The notes: generated by a model from the letters alone, not told the origin. Numbered from the stretch's first letter, positions 37,285 to 48,332 are shown. The stretch is DNA of 64,000 nucleotides from Spirochaetota bacterium (GCA_965205605.1 CBDBHE010000007.1:448001-512000), one strand, 5' to 3'. Program-made: numbers and translations.

Positions 37285-38402
37285 TTCTTATTTATCGCTA
37301 CATTTTAAGATCTTTTTTTTTCCCTACTTGTATAGGAATTGGTTTCTTCACTTTTATTTTTATTATTAATAATATAGGGCGTTTAGTTTCTCTTTGTTTA
37401 GAAAAAGGAGTTTCTATTTTGATTGTTTTACAGCTTTTCGTTTATATGTTGCCTTTTACAGCTGCGGTGACGGTACCGATGGGGGTGTTGTTTGGGGTAT
37501 TAATGGTTTTAGGCCGTTTTTCTGAAACGTCTGAAATTATTGCCATGAGAGCAAGTGGATTTTCATTGTATTCGATTTATATTCCTACTTTTTTGTTTGG
37601 AGCGGTGATGTCGATTTTGATGTTTTGGTTTATTAACTTTGTTATGCCAGAAAGTAATTATCGTTATAAAGCCCTTTATCGTAATGTGATTTATTCTAAT
37701 CCAAGTATTTTAATTGATGAAAGAGCATTTTCTGATTTCCCAAGTTCGAATAAAGCCGATAAAAAAATATCTGCTCTTAATATAACAGACAATAAAAAAA
37801 TTTTACACTCTGTGTTTCTTTATGAATTTGATAAAAGAGATCAAAGTGTAAAAATCACTTACTCTAAAACAGGGGTGTGGTCTAATAATACAATTAATGC
37901 TCCCATTACTACTTTAAATCTTCAAGATGGGAAGACACTTAATATTAGTTATGATGATTTTAAACAAATTAGACAAGTTACTTTTGATGAAATTAAAATT
38001 AATATTAAAAAAAAAATAAGAGGAATTCAATCTGTTAAAAAAGGTCCTAAAGAACAGTCTGTTTTTGAAGTGAGTCGACGAATCAATGATTTAAAAAAAA
38101 ATAAAAAAAAAGTAAACGCTCGTCTTTGGGTAGAATATAATAAGAAATTTTCTATCCCCATGGCGTGTCTTATTTTTGTGATTGTGGCGTTTCCTCTTGG
38201 GATTAATTTTGATCGTAGTGGTCGAGGAGTTAGTTTTGGGCTTTCGATTATTGTGATTTTCGCCTATTATATTTTAATGACTTTAGGAGAAAGTTTAGGG
38301 TATAGGGGGATTATTTCTCCTATAATCAGTATGCATATCCCTAATTTTGTTCTTCTTGTAGCAGGTTTTGTTTTGTTTTACTTTAAGCTAAGGAAAAATT
38401 AA
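37281..38402 (+). CDS. LptF/LptG-family LPS export permease
   Basis: IYRYILR, SEIIAMRASG.S, KKFSIPMACL, HIPN; GTG 37281 probable start. Confidence 0.9.
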   Translation: MILIYRYILRSFFFPTCIGIGFFTFIFIINNIGRLVSLCLEKGVSILIVLQLFVYMLPFTAAVTVPMGVLFGVLMVLGRFSETSEIIAMRASGFSLYSIYIPTFLFGAVMSILMFWFINFVMPESNYRYKALYRNVIYSNPSILIDERAFSDFPSSNKADKKISALNITDNKKILHSVFLYEFDKRDQSVKITYSKTGVWSNNTINAPITTLNLQDGKTLNISYDDFKQIRQVTFDEIKINIKKKIRGIQSVKKGPKEQSVFEVSRRINDLKKNKKKVNARLWVEYNKKFSIPMACLIFVIVAFPLGINFDRSGRGVSFGLSIIVIFAYYILMTLGESLGYRGIISPIISMHIPNFVLLVAGFVLFYFKLRKN

Positions 38403-38516
38403 AATTATTTTAGAAGATAAATTTAGGGGATAAAAAGCTCATTTCTCCTATAATAAAGATGTAGATAGCTCATTTAATTTTTTTATCTTAAATAACAAGC
38501 GAGGACTAAAGTTGTT

Positions 38517-40040
38517 TTGAGTTTTAAATTTTTACTTATTTATTTCGTTTTCTTTTTTTTTATGATGACAAAAGGTTTTTCTACCTCTTTTGAAAAAAAA
38601 AGTTTTTTAGAAATCTACAATGAAATTAAAACTAATTTACTTCTCATAGAGTCTAATTATCAGCTTTCTAATTATCGAGATACTAACTTTATTGTTTCTA
38701 ATGAAGTTTTAATTAATTTTATTGATAAAAAAAAAAAGCAGTTTTATCATCAAAATAATTTAAATCAGTGGGTTGAATTTTTATCTCTTGGGGCAGAGCA
38801 TTATTTTGAACAAAAACCTTTAGTGTATGTTGGTTTAAAAAATCAAAACCCAGAAAAATATCAGATTATTTTAGAAAAAAACAATCAACAAGCTTTTAAT
38901 TATTGGCAACGTATTATTAATTTAGATCTTGAATTTCTTTTAAAATCTAAAAAAAAAGAAAATTATACTCACTATACCCCTGTTTTTAAAGCTAAAATAC
39001 TTTTTAAAGCTTTTAAAATGCATCGATATGGGTTTCAAGTAAAGCTTATTTCTGCTAAAGATTTTTATCGTATTTATGAAACTTATGAACCTTTTTTTAA
39101 AAAAAAAATGCGTTATGGGACCGATTGGCGTAAGAATCTTTTTTTGTATGCTTATCAAAATAATAAAAAAGCACTTTTTAAACAACTTAGTGATGATCAA
39201 TCTTTCGTTAAAAATGAATTTTATTATAAAACTCTTTTTAACTTAATGCGTTTTAAAGAAAGTAAAGATAAGCAACAGCAATATACTGCTTTTAAAAAAA
39301 TTATTACAGATACTAAAACAGAAGATACTTTTAATGCTTCTTTATCAGATAAATATTATAATTTAGCCAATGAAGCCGCTTATCACTTGCATGAAAATTT
39401 TAAAACGAGATCGTTTTTGCTACTTTCTGATAATGAAAATGATTTATATCAAGCCATTGATTTTTATAATAAAGCCATTGAGCTAGGAGAAAATATTCAT
39501 GAAAGCCTTTATAATAAAGGACTCATTTATATTAAACTAGGTGAATATATTAAAGGTGGTTTTTATTTAAAAGAAGCTTTAGCCAAACGAACTCATTATA
39601 AAGTGCTTTATGCTTTGGGGCTCAATTATATGAAATTTAGAAATTATAAAGAAGCTTATTTATTTTTAAAAGAAGCTTCTTACCATAAAAAAACGCCCCA
39701 ACTGTATAATAACTTAGCGATTTGTCGTCTTAAGGCTAATACTTCAGCTAATTTTTTTAGTTCGAATGATTTAACTCCTTTAGAATATATTAATTTAGCC
39801 ATTGAAATGGATCAGAGAAATTTTATTTTTTATAAAACAAAAGCACTTGTTTATAAAGCTAAAAAGGACGATAAAAAACATAGGCAATTTATGTCAAAAG
39901 CAAGGCAAGTTTTAAATTTAATTGGAAAAGATGATTATGCTTTCTTTCAAAAACAACAAATGCTAATTTCGACTAATAAAATTCCAAAAATACTTTCAAC
40001 AGAAATAAAAAAAATTAAAAACACTTTGAAAAAAAAATGA
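38517..40040 (+). CDS. Exported TPR-repeat protein
   Basis: Signal-like N-terminus; AIDFYNKAIEL, LYNKGLIYIKLG, YNNLAIC. Confidence 0.75.
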   Translation: MSFKFLLIYFVFFFFMMTKGFSTSFEKKSFLEIYNEIKTNLLLIESNYQLSNYRDTNFIVSNEVLINFIDKKKKQFYHQNNLNQWVEFLSLGAEHYFEQKPLVYVGLKNQNPEKYQIILEKNNQQAFNYWQRIINLDLEFLLKSKKKENYTHYTPVFKAKILFKAFKMHRYGFQVKLISAKDFYRIYETYEPFFKKKMRYGTDWRKNLFLYAYQNNKKALFKQLSDDQSFVKNEFYYKTLFNLMRFKESKDKQQQYTAFKKIITDTKTEDTFNASLSDKYYNLANEAAYHLHENFKTRSFLLLSDNENDLYQAIDFYNKAIELGENIHESLYNKGLIYIKLGEYIKGGFYLKEALAKRTHYKVLYALGLNYMKFRNYKEAYLFLKEASYHKKTPQLYNNLAICRLKANTSANFFSSNDLTPLEYINLAIEMDQRNFIFYKTKALVYKAKKDDKKHRQFMSKARQVLNLIGKDDYAFFQKQQMLISTNKIPKILSTEIKKIKNTLKKK

Positions 40041-40846
40041 TTTCAATAAAGATAAAATTCTTTTTAAGTTTTTTTTTAATTTTAAAATTAATAACAGCCA
40101 CTTCTTTAGAATGGTCTCTTCATTTAAGTAAGGCTCAAAATGCTTATGATCAAGGGAAGTTAGATGAGGCTCATTTAATTTGTAAAAAATTAATTGAAAA
40201 AAAAGTCTATAAGGGAGAAGCTTATTTTTTATTAGGGCGCATTCATTTTGATAAAGAGTTTTACCGTATTGCAGATATCCAGTTTGATTTAGCTGAAGAA
40301 AATGAAAGTACTTTTATACTGCCTGAAAATAAACTAAACCTTTATTTTGCTGTTGCTGCTAATAGTTATTATCTTAAAAACACCCCAAAACAAATCACTT
40401 ATTTAAATAAAATTATCACTTATTCTAAAAATCGACTTTTAAAAAGTAAAAGCCTTATTTATAAAAAATTTTTGGGAGAAGCTAGCTTTGCTTTAGGGTT
40501 ACTTTATTATTATAGAGAAGACTTTTTAGAAGCAAAACGTCATTTAACCATTGCCATTCAAAATGATTTTAATTTAAAAACAGCTTATTTACTTTTAGCT
40601 TATTATTATTGTCACTCTTCTCAAGAAGAGATTAACAAAAATGCAAAGATTTTTTATAATAATCCATCTAAAATTGAGAATAAAGAATCTTTTTTTACAT
40701 TTTACTTTAAACGCTATGAAGAATCTATCCTAAATGAATCAGAAATTGATCTTCTACAAAGTTCAAAGTATCGCTTGATGATTTCAGATGTTGAATATTA
40801 TTACTTAGCTTTAAATTCAAAAACAATCACTAATCATTCTAAGTAA
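40037..40846 (+). CDS. Exported TPR-repeat protein
   Basis: Signal peptide; EAYFLLGRIHF, ASFALGLLYY. Confidence 0.7.
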   Translation: MISIKIKFFLSFFLILKLITATSLEWSLHLSKAQNAYDQGKLDEAHLICKKLIEKKVYKGEAYFLLGRIHFDKEFYRIADIQFDLAEENESTFILPENKLNLYFAVAANSYYLKNTPKQITYLNKIITYSKNRLLKSKSLIYKKFLGEASFALGLLYYYREDFLEAKRHLTIAIQNDFNLKTAYLLLAYYYCHSSQEEINKNAKIFYNNPSKIENKESFFTFYFKRYEESILNESEIDLLQSSKYRLMISDVEYYYLALNSKTITNHSK

Positions 40847-40864
40847 AACCTCTTAAAACAAAAA

Positions 40865-43800
40865 ATGCTTTCTTTGCCCTATGATCCTAAAAAACTTCCA
40901 AGGGAACTGAAGCCTTACTACATTAGCGCTAGTGAAGAAGATTTACAAGCGATGCTTAAATCTGTGAATAAAAATGCTTTAGAAGAAGTTTTTGATCATC
41001 TTCATGAAGATGTTTTTTTTGAAAGGAGCCCTGATTTGCCCTCTCGGATGGATTATGAATCTCTCAAGCAACATTTAGAAACTATTGCTTGTAAAAATAA
41101 AAATAAACTTTCTTTTATAGGCGATGGGCTTGGTGTTTTTAAAATCCCCTCAGTTGTAAAGCAAATTTCCCAAATTAGAGAGCTGGCAACTTCATACACA
41201 GCGTATCAAGGAGAAAGAAGTCAGGGCACTCTTGCTAGTCTTTGGATTTACCAGTCTCTTTTATTTATGTTAACAGGTTTTGAAGCCATTAATTCATCGA
41301 TGTATGATCGATCGACAGCTCTTTTTGAAGCGATGCGGTGTGTTAAAAGAATGATGGATAAGGGGAATAAAATTCTTGTACTCAATTCTATTTTTCCAGA
41401 TGATTTTCAGTGTGTAAAAACATTGGCCCAAAATAGTGGCATTGAAATTGTAGGTTTAGAACTTGAAGAAGAAGGGGTGTTTTCTGTAGAAAGAATCGAT
41501 AAGGTTTTAAAAAACGAAAAGGATTTGATTGGGATTGTTTTTCCTCAAGTCAATACTTTGGGTCTTTTAGAGTCGGTTGATTTATTAACGGATTTAGCAC
41601 ACGATTATGCGATTAAGGTAATTAGCCTCATTGATCCTATCTTACTTGGAAAAGGAGGTCTTAAAAAACCGACTGATTTTGGGAAAAAAGGAGCTGATGT
41701 GGTTGTTGGAGAAGGTCAACATTTAGCGATGGCTCCTAATTTTGGGGGGCCGGGTTTGGGAATTTTGGGGGTACGATATCATCAGAAAAATAAAATAGAT
41801 ATTCGCTTTATGCCAGGAAAATATGTTGGAAAAGCTAAAGACTTACAGGGCAATGACGCTTTTACCCTTGTTCTTTCTACAAGGGAGCAACATATTAGAA
41901 GAGAAAAAGCAACTTCTAATATTTGTTCTAATCAAGCCTTTATTGCTTCTTTAGCAGGTGGGGCTATTTTAGCTCGAGGAGAAAAAGGGATGGAGCAAGC
42001 CTCTTGCTTTTCGCATCAAAACGCTCTCATGGCTTTTAAAACCCTCACTCGTTTTAAAGGCGTAAGCTCTTTTCATAGCAAATCTCCTTTTTACCATGAG
42101 TTTATTCTTAAGCTTAGTGTTAATGTGAAAGATCTTATCAAAAAAGCTACTTTAGAAAATATTTGGCTTGGCGTCGATGTCAGTGATCGTTTTCCTTTTT
42201 TAAAGGGAAATTTTTTAAAGCTTTCTTTTTCAGACTTGCATACAAAAGATGATTTGAAAACACTTTTTGATTTTTTTTTAAAACATTTTGACGATGCAAA
42301 GCAAAAAGAAAGTTTTAAAATTAACCCTATTGATCGTCATTACTTAAGGCAAGGAGAAATAGGGCTCCCTTTTGTAAAAGAAGAAGAAATTATGGCTTAT
42401 TATCAAGCCATTGGCAAACAAAATATGAGCCCTGAGCAAAGTTGTTATCCTCTTGGATCGTGTACGATGAAGTACAATCCTTACATTAATGAATACACCG
42501 CTTCTTTAAAAGATTTTCAAAACTCACACCCACAAGCTCCTTTAGAAGATATTCAAGGATCACTTGAAATCATTTATCACAATCAAGAATACTTTAAAAA
42601 AATCACAGGGTTGCCTGCGATTACGACCCAGCCGGTTGCAGGGGCTCAGGGAGAGCTTGTTGGTTTAAAACTTTTTTTAGCGTACCATCTTGATAAAGGA
42701 GAAAAAAGAGATATTTTAATTATTCCTCGTTCTGCTCATGGGACAAATCCAGCAACAGCTGCTGTGGTTGGTTTTGAAAAAACAGCTAAAGAGTCTTTTG
42801 ATCAAGGCATTGCTTTTGTTGATGTCGATTTAAATGGTGAGATCGATTTTTCTCAGCTTAAGAAAATTGTAAAAACTTATCAAAAAAAAATTTGTGGGAT
42901 GATGATCACCAATCCTAATACAATGGGCATTTTTGAAAACCGCTTTAAACAAATAGCAGATTTAATCCATCAAGTAGGTGGACTTGTGTATATGGACGGG
43001 GCGAATATGAATGCTATCGCTTGTTGGGTTGACTTGGGTAAGATAGGCGTCGATGCCGTTCATAATAATACACATAAAACTTGGTCTATTCCTCATGGAG
43101 GCGGGGGGCCTGGGGATGCTTTTGTGGCTGTGAGTCATCTCTTAGCAGATTACTTGCCTGGAAAGCAAATTGTAAAAAACAAACAAGGGTTTTATGATTT
43201 CTTTACAGCTGAAAAATCAATCGGTACCTTTCATCGTCATTTTGGTAACTTTGCTCATAAAGTAAGAGCTTATACTTATTTAAGAGCTCTTGGAACACAA
43301 GGGATTAAAAAAATGTCAGCCGTCGCTGTTTTGTCGGCTCGTTACTTGCAAAAAAAATTAAATCAAACCTATCCTTTGCTTCCTAAAGGAGCTGATCAAG
43401 TCGTGCGTATGCATGAATTTATTATTACCTTTTCAAAAAAAACTTTTGAAAACATCCTATCAGTTGGCTTTCGTAAAGCCGATATTATTGCTAGAGTCGG
43501 AAAATTGTTTTTAGATTTTGGCTTTCATGCTCCCACGGTTTCTTTCCCAGAACCTTATGGCCTTATGATTGAGCCTACAGAGTCTTACACTAAAAAAGAG
43601 CTCGATCGTTTTATCGAAGCCCTTTATGAAATCAAGTCAATTTTGCAAAATCATCCTCAAATTTTAAAAACGGTTCCTCATTTTATGCCTGTTTTTCGCA
43701 TTAACGAAATCGAAGCTAATAAACATGTCATTGTCAGTGAGCCGTTTACTTACTTTCCAAAAATTTTAAAAGAAAAACTTCCGTTGTCTTTTATAGCCAC

Positions 43801-43894
43801 TCAGCCTTTAAAAAACATCACCTCTAAAATCTTAGAAACTCACTATATTCTTAATCAGCAACCCCATATTTTAAAAAAAAATTTTTATCGATAA
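40865..43894 (+). CDS. gcvP: Glycine dehydrogenase (decarboxylating), P protein, single chain
   Basis: TSYTAYQ.E.SQG, TREQHIRREKATSNIC, PLGSCTMKYNP, SAHGTNPATA, DGANMNA, HKTWSIPHGGGGPG, MIEPTES. Confidence 0.95.
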   Translation: MLSLPYDPKKLPRELKPYYISASEEDLQAMLKSVNKNALEEVFDHLHEDVFFERSPDLPSRMDYESLKQHLETIACKNKNKLSFIGDGLGVFKIPSVVKQISQIRELATSYTAYQGERSQGTLASLWIYQSLLFMLTGFEAINSSMYDRSTALFEAMRCVKRMMDKGNKILVLNSIFPDDFQCVKTLAQNSGIEIVGLELEEEGVFSVERIDKVLKNEKDLIGIVFPQVNTLGLLESVDLLTDLAHDYAIKVISLIDPILLGKGGLKKPTDFGKKGADVVVGEGQHLAMAPNFGGPGLGILGVRYHQKNKIDIRFMPGKYVGKAKDLQGNDAFTLVLSTREQHIRREKATSNICSNQAFIASLAGGAILARGEKGMEQASCFSHQNALMAFKTLTRFKGVSSFHSKSPFYHEFILKLSVNVKDLIKKATLENIWLGVDVSDRFPFLKGNFLKLSFSDLHTKDDLKTLFDFFLKHFDDAKQKESFKINPIDRHYLRQGEIGLPFVKEEEIMAYYQAIGKQNMSPEQSCYPLGSCTMKYNPYINEYTASLKDFQNSHPQAPLEDIQGSLEIIYHNQEYFKKITGLPAITTQPVAGAQGELVGLKLFLAYHLDKGEKRDILIIPRSAHGTNPATAAVVGFEKTAKESFDQGIAFVDVDLNGEIDFSQLKKIVKTYQKKICGMMITNPNTMGIFENRFKQIADLIHQVGGLVYMDGANMNAIACWVDLGKIGVDAVHNNTHKTWSIPHGGGGPGDAFVAVSHLLADYLPGKQIVKNKQGFYDFFTAEKSIGTFHRHFGNFAHKVRAYTYLRALGTQGIKKMSAVAVLSARYLQKKLNQTYPLLPKGADQVVRMHEFIITFSKKTFENILSVGFRKADIIARVGKLFLDFGFHAPTVSFPEPYGLMIEPTESYTKKELDRFIEALYEIKSILQNHPQILKTVPHFMPVFRINEIEANKHVIVSEPFTYFPKILKEKLPLSFIATQPLKNITSKILETHYILNQQPHILKKNFYR

Positions 43895-43903
43895 AGCCCT
43901 TTC

Positions 43904-44641
43904 ATGAAAACAGCAGAAGATTTAAGAATAAGTAAAAATAAAAAAAAATTAGCTTTTTTAACTTGTTATGACTTTACGTTTGCTAAGACAATGGATACTT
44001 GTGATTTAGATGCTATTTTAGTAGGTGATTCTTTAGGGGAAGTACTTTATGGTATGGATAATACAACGTTTGTTACTTTAGAGATGATGATGCAACACAC
44101 AAAAGCAGTTAAAAAAGGCTTGTATCAAACCCATCTAATTGCAGATATGCCTTTTAACACATATGAAACTGAAGCAGAGGCTCTTAGTAATGCTAAAAAA
44201 TTAATCGCCGGGGGAGCTAATAGTGTTAAATTGGAAAACCCAAAATCAGTCGTTGTTGAAAGATTAGTTGCTAATGATATCTCCGTTTGTGGTCATATAG
44301 GCTTAACTCCCCAAACGAATCAAAATTATAAAAAACAAGGCAATAATGATGCTTCTAAAAAAAAAATTATTCAAGATGCTAAAAGGCTTGAGCAAGCAGG
44401 ATGTTATGCCATGGTTTTAGAAGCCCTTAATACACATTTAGCTCAAGAAATCACATCGACTCTTTCGATCCCAACGATTGGGATTGCTTCAGGCCCTTAT
44501 TGTGATGGACAAATTTTAGTGCATTATGACTTATTTGGTATTTCTCCAAAAACTCCTTTTAAAATTAAAACAGGGATTTTTTTTGTAAAAATGATGAAAA
44601 AAACCATTAAAAATTTTATTTTGAATATAAATTTGAAATAA
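43904..44641 (+). CDS. panB: 3-methyl-2-oxobutanoate hydroxymethyltransferase
   Basis: LTCYD, LVGDSLG, ADMPF, GHIGLTPQ, PTIGI..G..CDGQILV. Confidence 0.96.
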   Translation: MKTAEDLRISKNKKKLAFLTCYDFTFAKTMDTCDLDAILVGDSLGEVLYGMDNTTFVTLEMMMQHTKAVKKGLYQTHLIADMPFNTYETEAEALSNAKKLIAGGANSVKLENPKSVVVERLVANDISVCGHIGLTPQTNQNYKKQGNNDASKKKIIQDAKRLEQAGCYAMVLEALNTHLAQEITSTLSIPTIGIASGPYCDGQILVHYDLFGISPKTPFKIKTGIFFVKMMKKTIKNFILNINLK

Positions 44642-44733
44642 AATTGATTCGTATCTATAATTAAAAGAATTATGATCAAAACCAATGACTTTTTGTTCAT
44701 AAAATTCAATTTTTCTTTTAAAAAGAAAAAAAC

Positions 44734-45738
44734 GTGTTTTTAATGAAGAAACTTTTTATTTTTTTAACTTTAATTATTTTTACAAACGTTTACAGTCAAT
44801 TTAACACTCCTACTATTGATGCTTATAGTCGATCAATGGGGACGGCTACTTCTTCAGTTTATTCTCTTCAAAGTTCTTTTTCAGGTAACCCAGCTTTAAT
44901 TGTTTATGAAGACAAATATAGTTTTTCAGGGACTTTTCTTCCTCGATTTATTCCCGACTCACAGTTGTCTATCTTTAATATTATTGCTTCTTTTGGGGTT
45001 CCTATTTCACCTAGTGTTGGTTCGGTTGGGGCTGTTTTTAATTATTTAGGTTCGTCCATTCAAAATCAAGAAATTTATTCTGAATTAGAAGGGGGGGTAT
45101 CAATTGGCCTTAAACAATTAGGAGGCCCTTTGCTTGAGAAATTAGGGGCACCTTCTTTTGTGTCATCAATACCAATTCATTTTGGTGTTGCGATGTTTGG
45201 ACGCTTGGCCCTACCTAGTGCTGCTCTTAGTTCTGGAAATTCGGTGTTTAATTTTGATATTAACTTGGGGCTTTTGTATGAAATCAATGAGGAAATAAAA
45301 CTAGGTTTTTTTTTTGCTAATTTACTTGCTTTAGCAGTATCAGAAGCAGTAAATGATGGGGGGGTGTCTAAACCGAGAGTGATTCGACTGGGGGTAAGTC
45401 GTGAAGACACTGTTTTAATAAGCCTTGATCTTGAGTATGAACTTGAAAACAGAAGAATCAATGCATACGCAGGTGGTGAAATCTCCTTAAAACAATTATT
45501 AGAATTAGATAGTGAAAATTTCGCTAACTCTGTTAAATTGAGAGCAGGGATTGAATTTTTTAATGTCTTAGAGGAGTTCGACTATTGGTTAGAAACGGGG
45601 GATATAAGCCTTTTCTTTAATCCTTCTGCTGGATTTGGGGTTGAATTTTTTGGAGTCCGTTTTGATTATGCATTTTTTTATCCACTTTACTTAGGTGCTT
45701 TTGGCCATCATGTTATAAGTGTTTACACAAAATTTTAA
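44734..45738 (+). CDS. Outer-membrane beta-barrel protein (PorV/FadL/UPF0164-like)
   Basis: Signal peptide; RSMG.A...NPAL; amphipathic strands; RFDYAF; C-terminal Phe. Start may be ATG 44743. Confidence 0.65.
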   Translation: MFLMKKLFIFLTLIIFTNVYSQFNTPTIDAYSRSMGTATSSVYSLQSSFSGNPALIVYEDKYSFSGTFLPRFIPDSQLSIFNIIASFGVPISPSVGSVGAVFNYLGSSIQNQEIYSELEGGVSIGLKQLGGPLLEKLGAPSFVSSIPIHFGVAMFGRLALPSAALSSGNSVFNFDINLGLLYEINEEIKLGFFFANLLALAVSEAVNDGGVSKPRVIRLGVSREDTVLISLDLEYELENRRINAYAGGEISLKQLLELDSENFANSVKLRAGIEFFNVLEEFDYWLETGDISLFFNPSAGFGVEFFGVRFDYAFFYPLYLGAFGHHVISVYTKF

Positions 45739-45750
45739 TTTCAAATTCTT

Positions 45751-46917
45751 TTGAAAGCCATTCTCCAAAACCTTAAAGGTTCTTTCTCTTATAGAAGTCT
45801 TTTGTCTGTTTCAAACATTAAAGGCAAATATATCTTTTTAGAAAATAAAAAATATATTAATTTGAGCTCTAATGATTATTTAGGCTTAAGTGAAAGTGGT
45901 GTTGTTTTAAAAAAAGCTCGTTTGTATACAAAAAAATATGGGACAGGAGGAAGAGCTTCTCGACTTATTTGTGGCAATTGGGTTTTTTATGAGGTCTTAG
46001 AGGATCAGCTTGCTCTTTGGAAAGGAGCAGAGGCCAGTTTAATTTTTGGCAGTGGGTATCTTGCCAATGTTGGAGTATTACAAGCTTTAGCAACTCTAAA
46101 GCCAAATATTTTATTTGTTTTTGATAAACTCTGTCATGCGTCTCTTATTGATGGAGTTCGTTTGTCCCATGTTAAATGGTGTCGATTTGAGCATAATAAT
46201 GTTAAAGATTTAGAAAAAATTTTAAACAAATACCCTAATCATAAAAAAATTGTTATAACAGAATCTGTTTTTTCTATGGAAGGAGATAAGAGTCCTATTG
46301 AAAAAATTAATGCTCTTTGTGAAAAAACAAATAGTTTTTTATACGTGGATGAAGCTCATTCAAATGGGCTTTTTGGAGAGAAAGGAGAAGGATTTTTAAA
46401 ACAACTTTTAAGTCAAAAAAAAGAAAATTTAATTGTGATGGGTACTTTTGGGAAAGCTTTGGGAAATTATGGAGCTTATATTTGTGGGACAAAGGTTTTA
46501 AAACAGTTTTTAATTAATAAAGCAAGAAGCTTGATTTATACCACTGCACTACCTCCTAGTGTTATTGGGGGGACTCTAGCGGCTATTAATTTGATTAAAA
46601 AACAAACTTTTAGGAAAGATCATGTTATTAATTTAAGTCTTCATTTTCAAAAACTCGCAATAAAAGCAGGCATTCCTTTAATTCCAAGTCAGTCTCAAAT
46701 CGTCAGTATTCTTACCATGTCTAATCAAAAAACAATTGCTTTAGCGACTTATTTAAAAAAAGAAGGTTTTTTTGCTGTTGGCATTCGTCCTCCAACGGTT
46801 GCTAAAAATAAAGGGAGGATTCGTTTAGTCTTTAATTATTTTCTTTCTATGTCAGATATTAAGAGACTGCTTGATTGTTTGTCTTATTATTTTAATCAAG
46901 CCTTATCCAATGCCTAG
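45751..46917 (+). CDS. bioF: 8-amino-7-oxononanoate synthase
   Basis: SSNDYLGL, ASRLICG, HASLIDG, ESVFSMEGD, VDEAH, GTFGKALG, IRPPTV. Confidence 0.94.
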   Translation: MKAILQNLKGSFSYRSLLSVSNIKGKYIFLENKKYINLSSNDYLGLSESGVVLKKARLYTKKYGTGGRASRLICGNWVFYEVLEDQLALWKGAEASLIFGSGYLANVGVLQALATLKPNILFVFDKLCHASLIDGVRLSHVKWCRFEHNNVKDLEKILNKYPNHKKIVITESVFSMEGDKSPIEKINALCEKTNSFLYVDEAHSNGLFGEKGEGFLKQLLSQKKENLIVMGTFGKALGNYGAYICGTKVLKQFLINKARSLIYTTALPPSVIGGTLAAINLIKKQTFRKDHVINLSLHFQKLAIKAGIPLIPSQSQIVSILTMSNQKTIALATYLKKEGFFAVGIRPPTVAKNKGRIRLVFNYFLSMSDIKRLLDCLSYYFNQALSNA

Positions 46918-47566
46918 GTGGGTTGTGGTTTCTGGGTGGGCTTATGAAGCGGCTTTATGGCCTTCTTTTTCTTCTTTTCCTATTGATTTTTTTGATTTTG
47001 ACACTTGGATGAATCTTTTAGAAAAGCAAAAAATAGCCCTACTAACGCGTGATGAAACTATCCTAATTGGTTGGTCATTGGGTGCTTTTTTACTATATCC
47101 TTATAGTTTTTTAAAATCTGTTAAAGCAAGTATTTTGATTAGTTGTGCTCAAACATTTATTAAAAGCGTTCAAAATCCTTATGGAATTTTACCCAACGCA
47201 ATCGATCAAATGATTTTAAATTTAAAACAAAACCAACAAAACCTTTTAAAGATTTTTTATAAAAAAGCTTGTTTCCCCAATCAAAATTTTGATGGTTCTA
47301 AAAAAGAGTTTTCGCTTAAATCTCTTACTAAAGGACTTGATTTTCTAAAAGCAGTTTCTTTAGATAAACCACTTAGTAAAAAAACAATCTATGTGATTCA
47401 AGGAAAAAAAGATCGAATTGTTTTTTGGAAAGGAGCGAAAAAATTTGCTCAAAATTTTGGGTATCCATTTTTACTTTTAGAAACTTCAGGGCACTTAATC
47501 CCATGTTACGATTTTATTCTCTTAAAAAAAACCTTACAAAAATTTGAACACACTTTTTTTAGATAA
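46910..47566 (+). CDS. Pimeloyl-ACP methyl ester esterase (BioH/BioG-like alpha/beta hydrolase)
   Basis: SGW, GWSLG nucleophile elbow, G..D.IV, GH; between bioF and bioC; ATG 46910 preferred. Confidence 0.8.
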   Translation: MPRWVVVSGWAYEAALWPSFSSFPIDFFDFDTWMNLLEKQKIALLTRDETILIGWSLGAFLLYPYSFLKSVKASILISCAQTFIKSVQNPYGILPNAIDQMILNLKQNQQNLLKIFYKKACFPNQNFDGSKKEFSLKSLTKGLDFLKAVSLDKPLSKKTIYVIQGKKDRIVFWKGAKKFAQNFGYPFLLLETSGHLIPCYDFILLKKTLQKFEHTFFR

Positions 47567-48332
47567 AAAAACCATTGCAAAAAACTTTTCTTCTTCAGCT
47601 CAAAGTTATTTAAAACAAGCTTCCATTCAACAAGACGTAGGAAAAAGAATGATTCATTGGATTTTGAAAAAAAACTCCTTTCAAAAAATTTTAGATATTG
47701 GCTGTGGACCTGGTTTTTTAAGTTTTTTGCTTGCTTCTAAAATGAAGCACGGCTTTATTAAAGCCATCGATTTTTCCCCAGGAATGATTGACTATGCCAA
47801 AAAAAATTATTATCACCCTTTAATTGAATATTCCATTGAAGATATCGAATTTTTTAGTGAACCTGTTCTTTATGATCTTATTGTTTCAAATGCTTGTTTT
47901 CATTGGTTAGCAGATCTTGAAAAAACTTTTTTTGTTTTAAAAAAAAAACTTGAAAAAAATGGAAAGTTATTTTTTTCTCTTTACTTAGAAAATAGCTATC
48001 ATGAAATAAGAAATATCATTAAAAGTTATAATCCTCTTTATCAAATGATTCATTCTTTTTATTCTCATCAAACAATTCTCTTTCTCTTAAAAAAACTGGG
48101 TTTTTTAGTTGTTTTTTCTTTACAACAAGAAATTATCGAACCTTTCGCTCATTATGCTGCTTTTTCAAAAAAACAAAAACAACTGGGTTCTTATAATATT
48201 TTTAAAAAAAATCAACAAAATTCTTTTTCTTATGGAGAAAAAAAAAAATTATTTTTTTTTTTAAATCAACAGTTATCTTCTCCTTTTACCATTACTCATC
48301 ATCTAGGGCTTTATCAAGTTACTCATGCCTAA
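47544..48332 (+). CDS. bioC: Malonyl-ACP O-methyltransferase
   Basis: IAKNFSSSAQSY..A.IQ, LDIGCGPG, DLIVSNACFHW. Confidence 0.88.
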   Translation: MNTLFLDKKTIAKNFSSSAQSYLKQASIQQDVGKRMIHWILKKNSFQKILDIGCGPGFLSFLLASKMKHGFIKAIDFSPGMIDYAKKNYYHPLIEYSIEDIEFFSEPVLYDLIVSNACFHWLADLEKTFFVLKKKLEKNGKLFFSLYLENSYHEIRNIIKSYNPLYQMIHSFYSHQTILFLLKKLGFLVVFSLQQEIIEPFAHYAAFSKKQKQLGSYNIFKKNQQNSFSYGEKKKLFFFLNQQLSSPFTITHHLGLYQVTHA

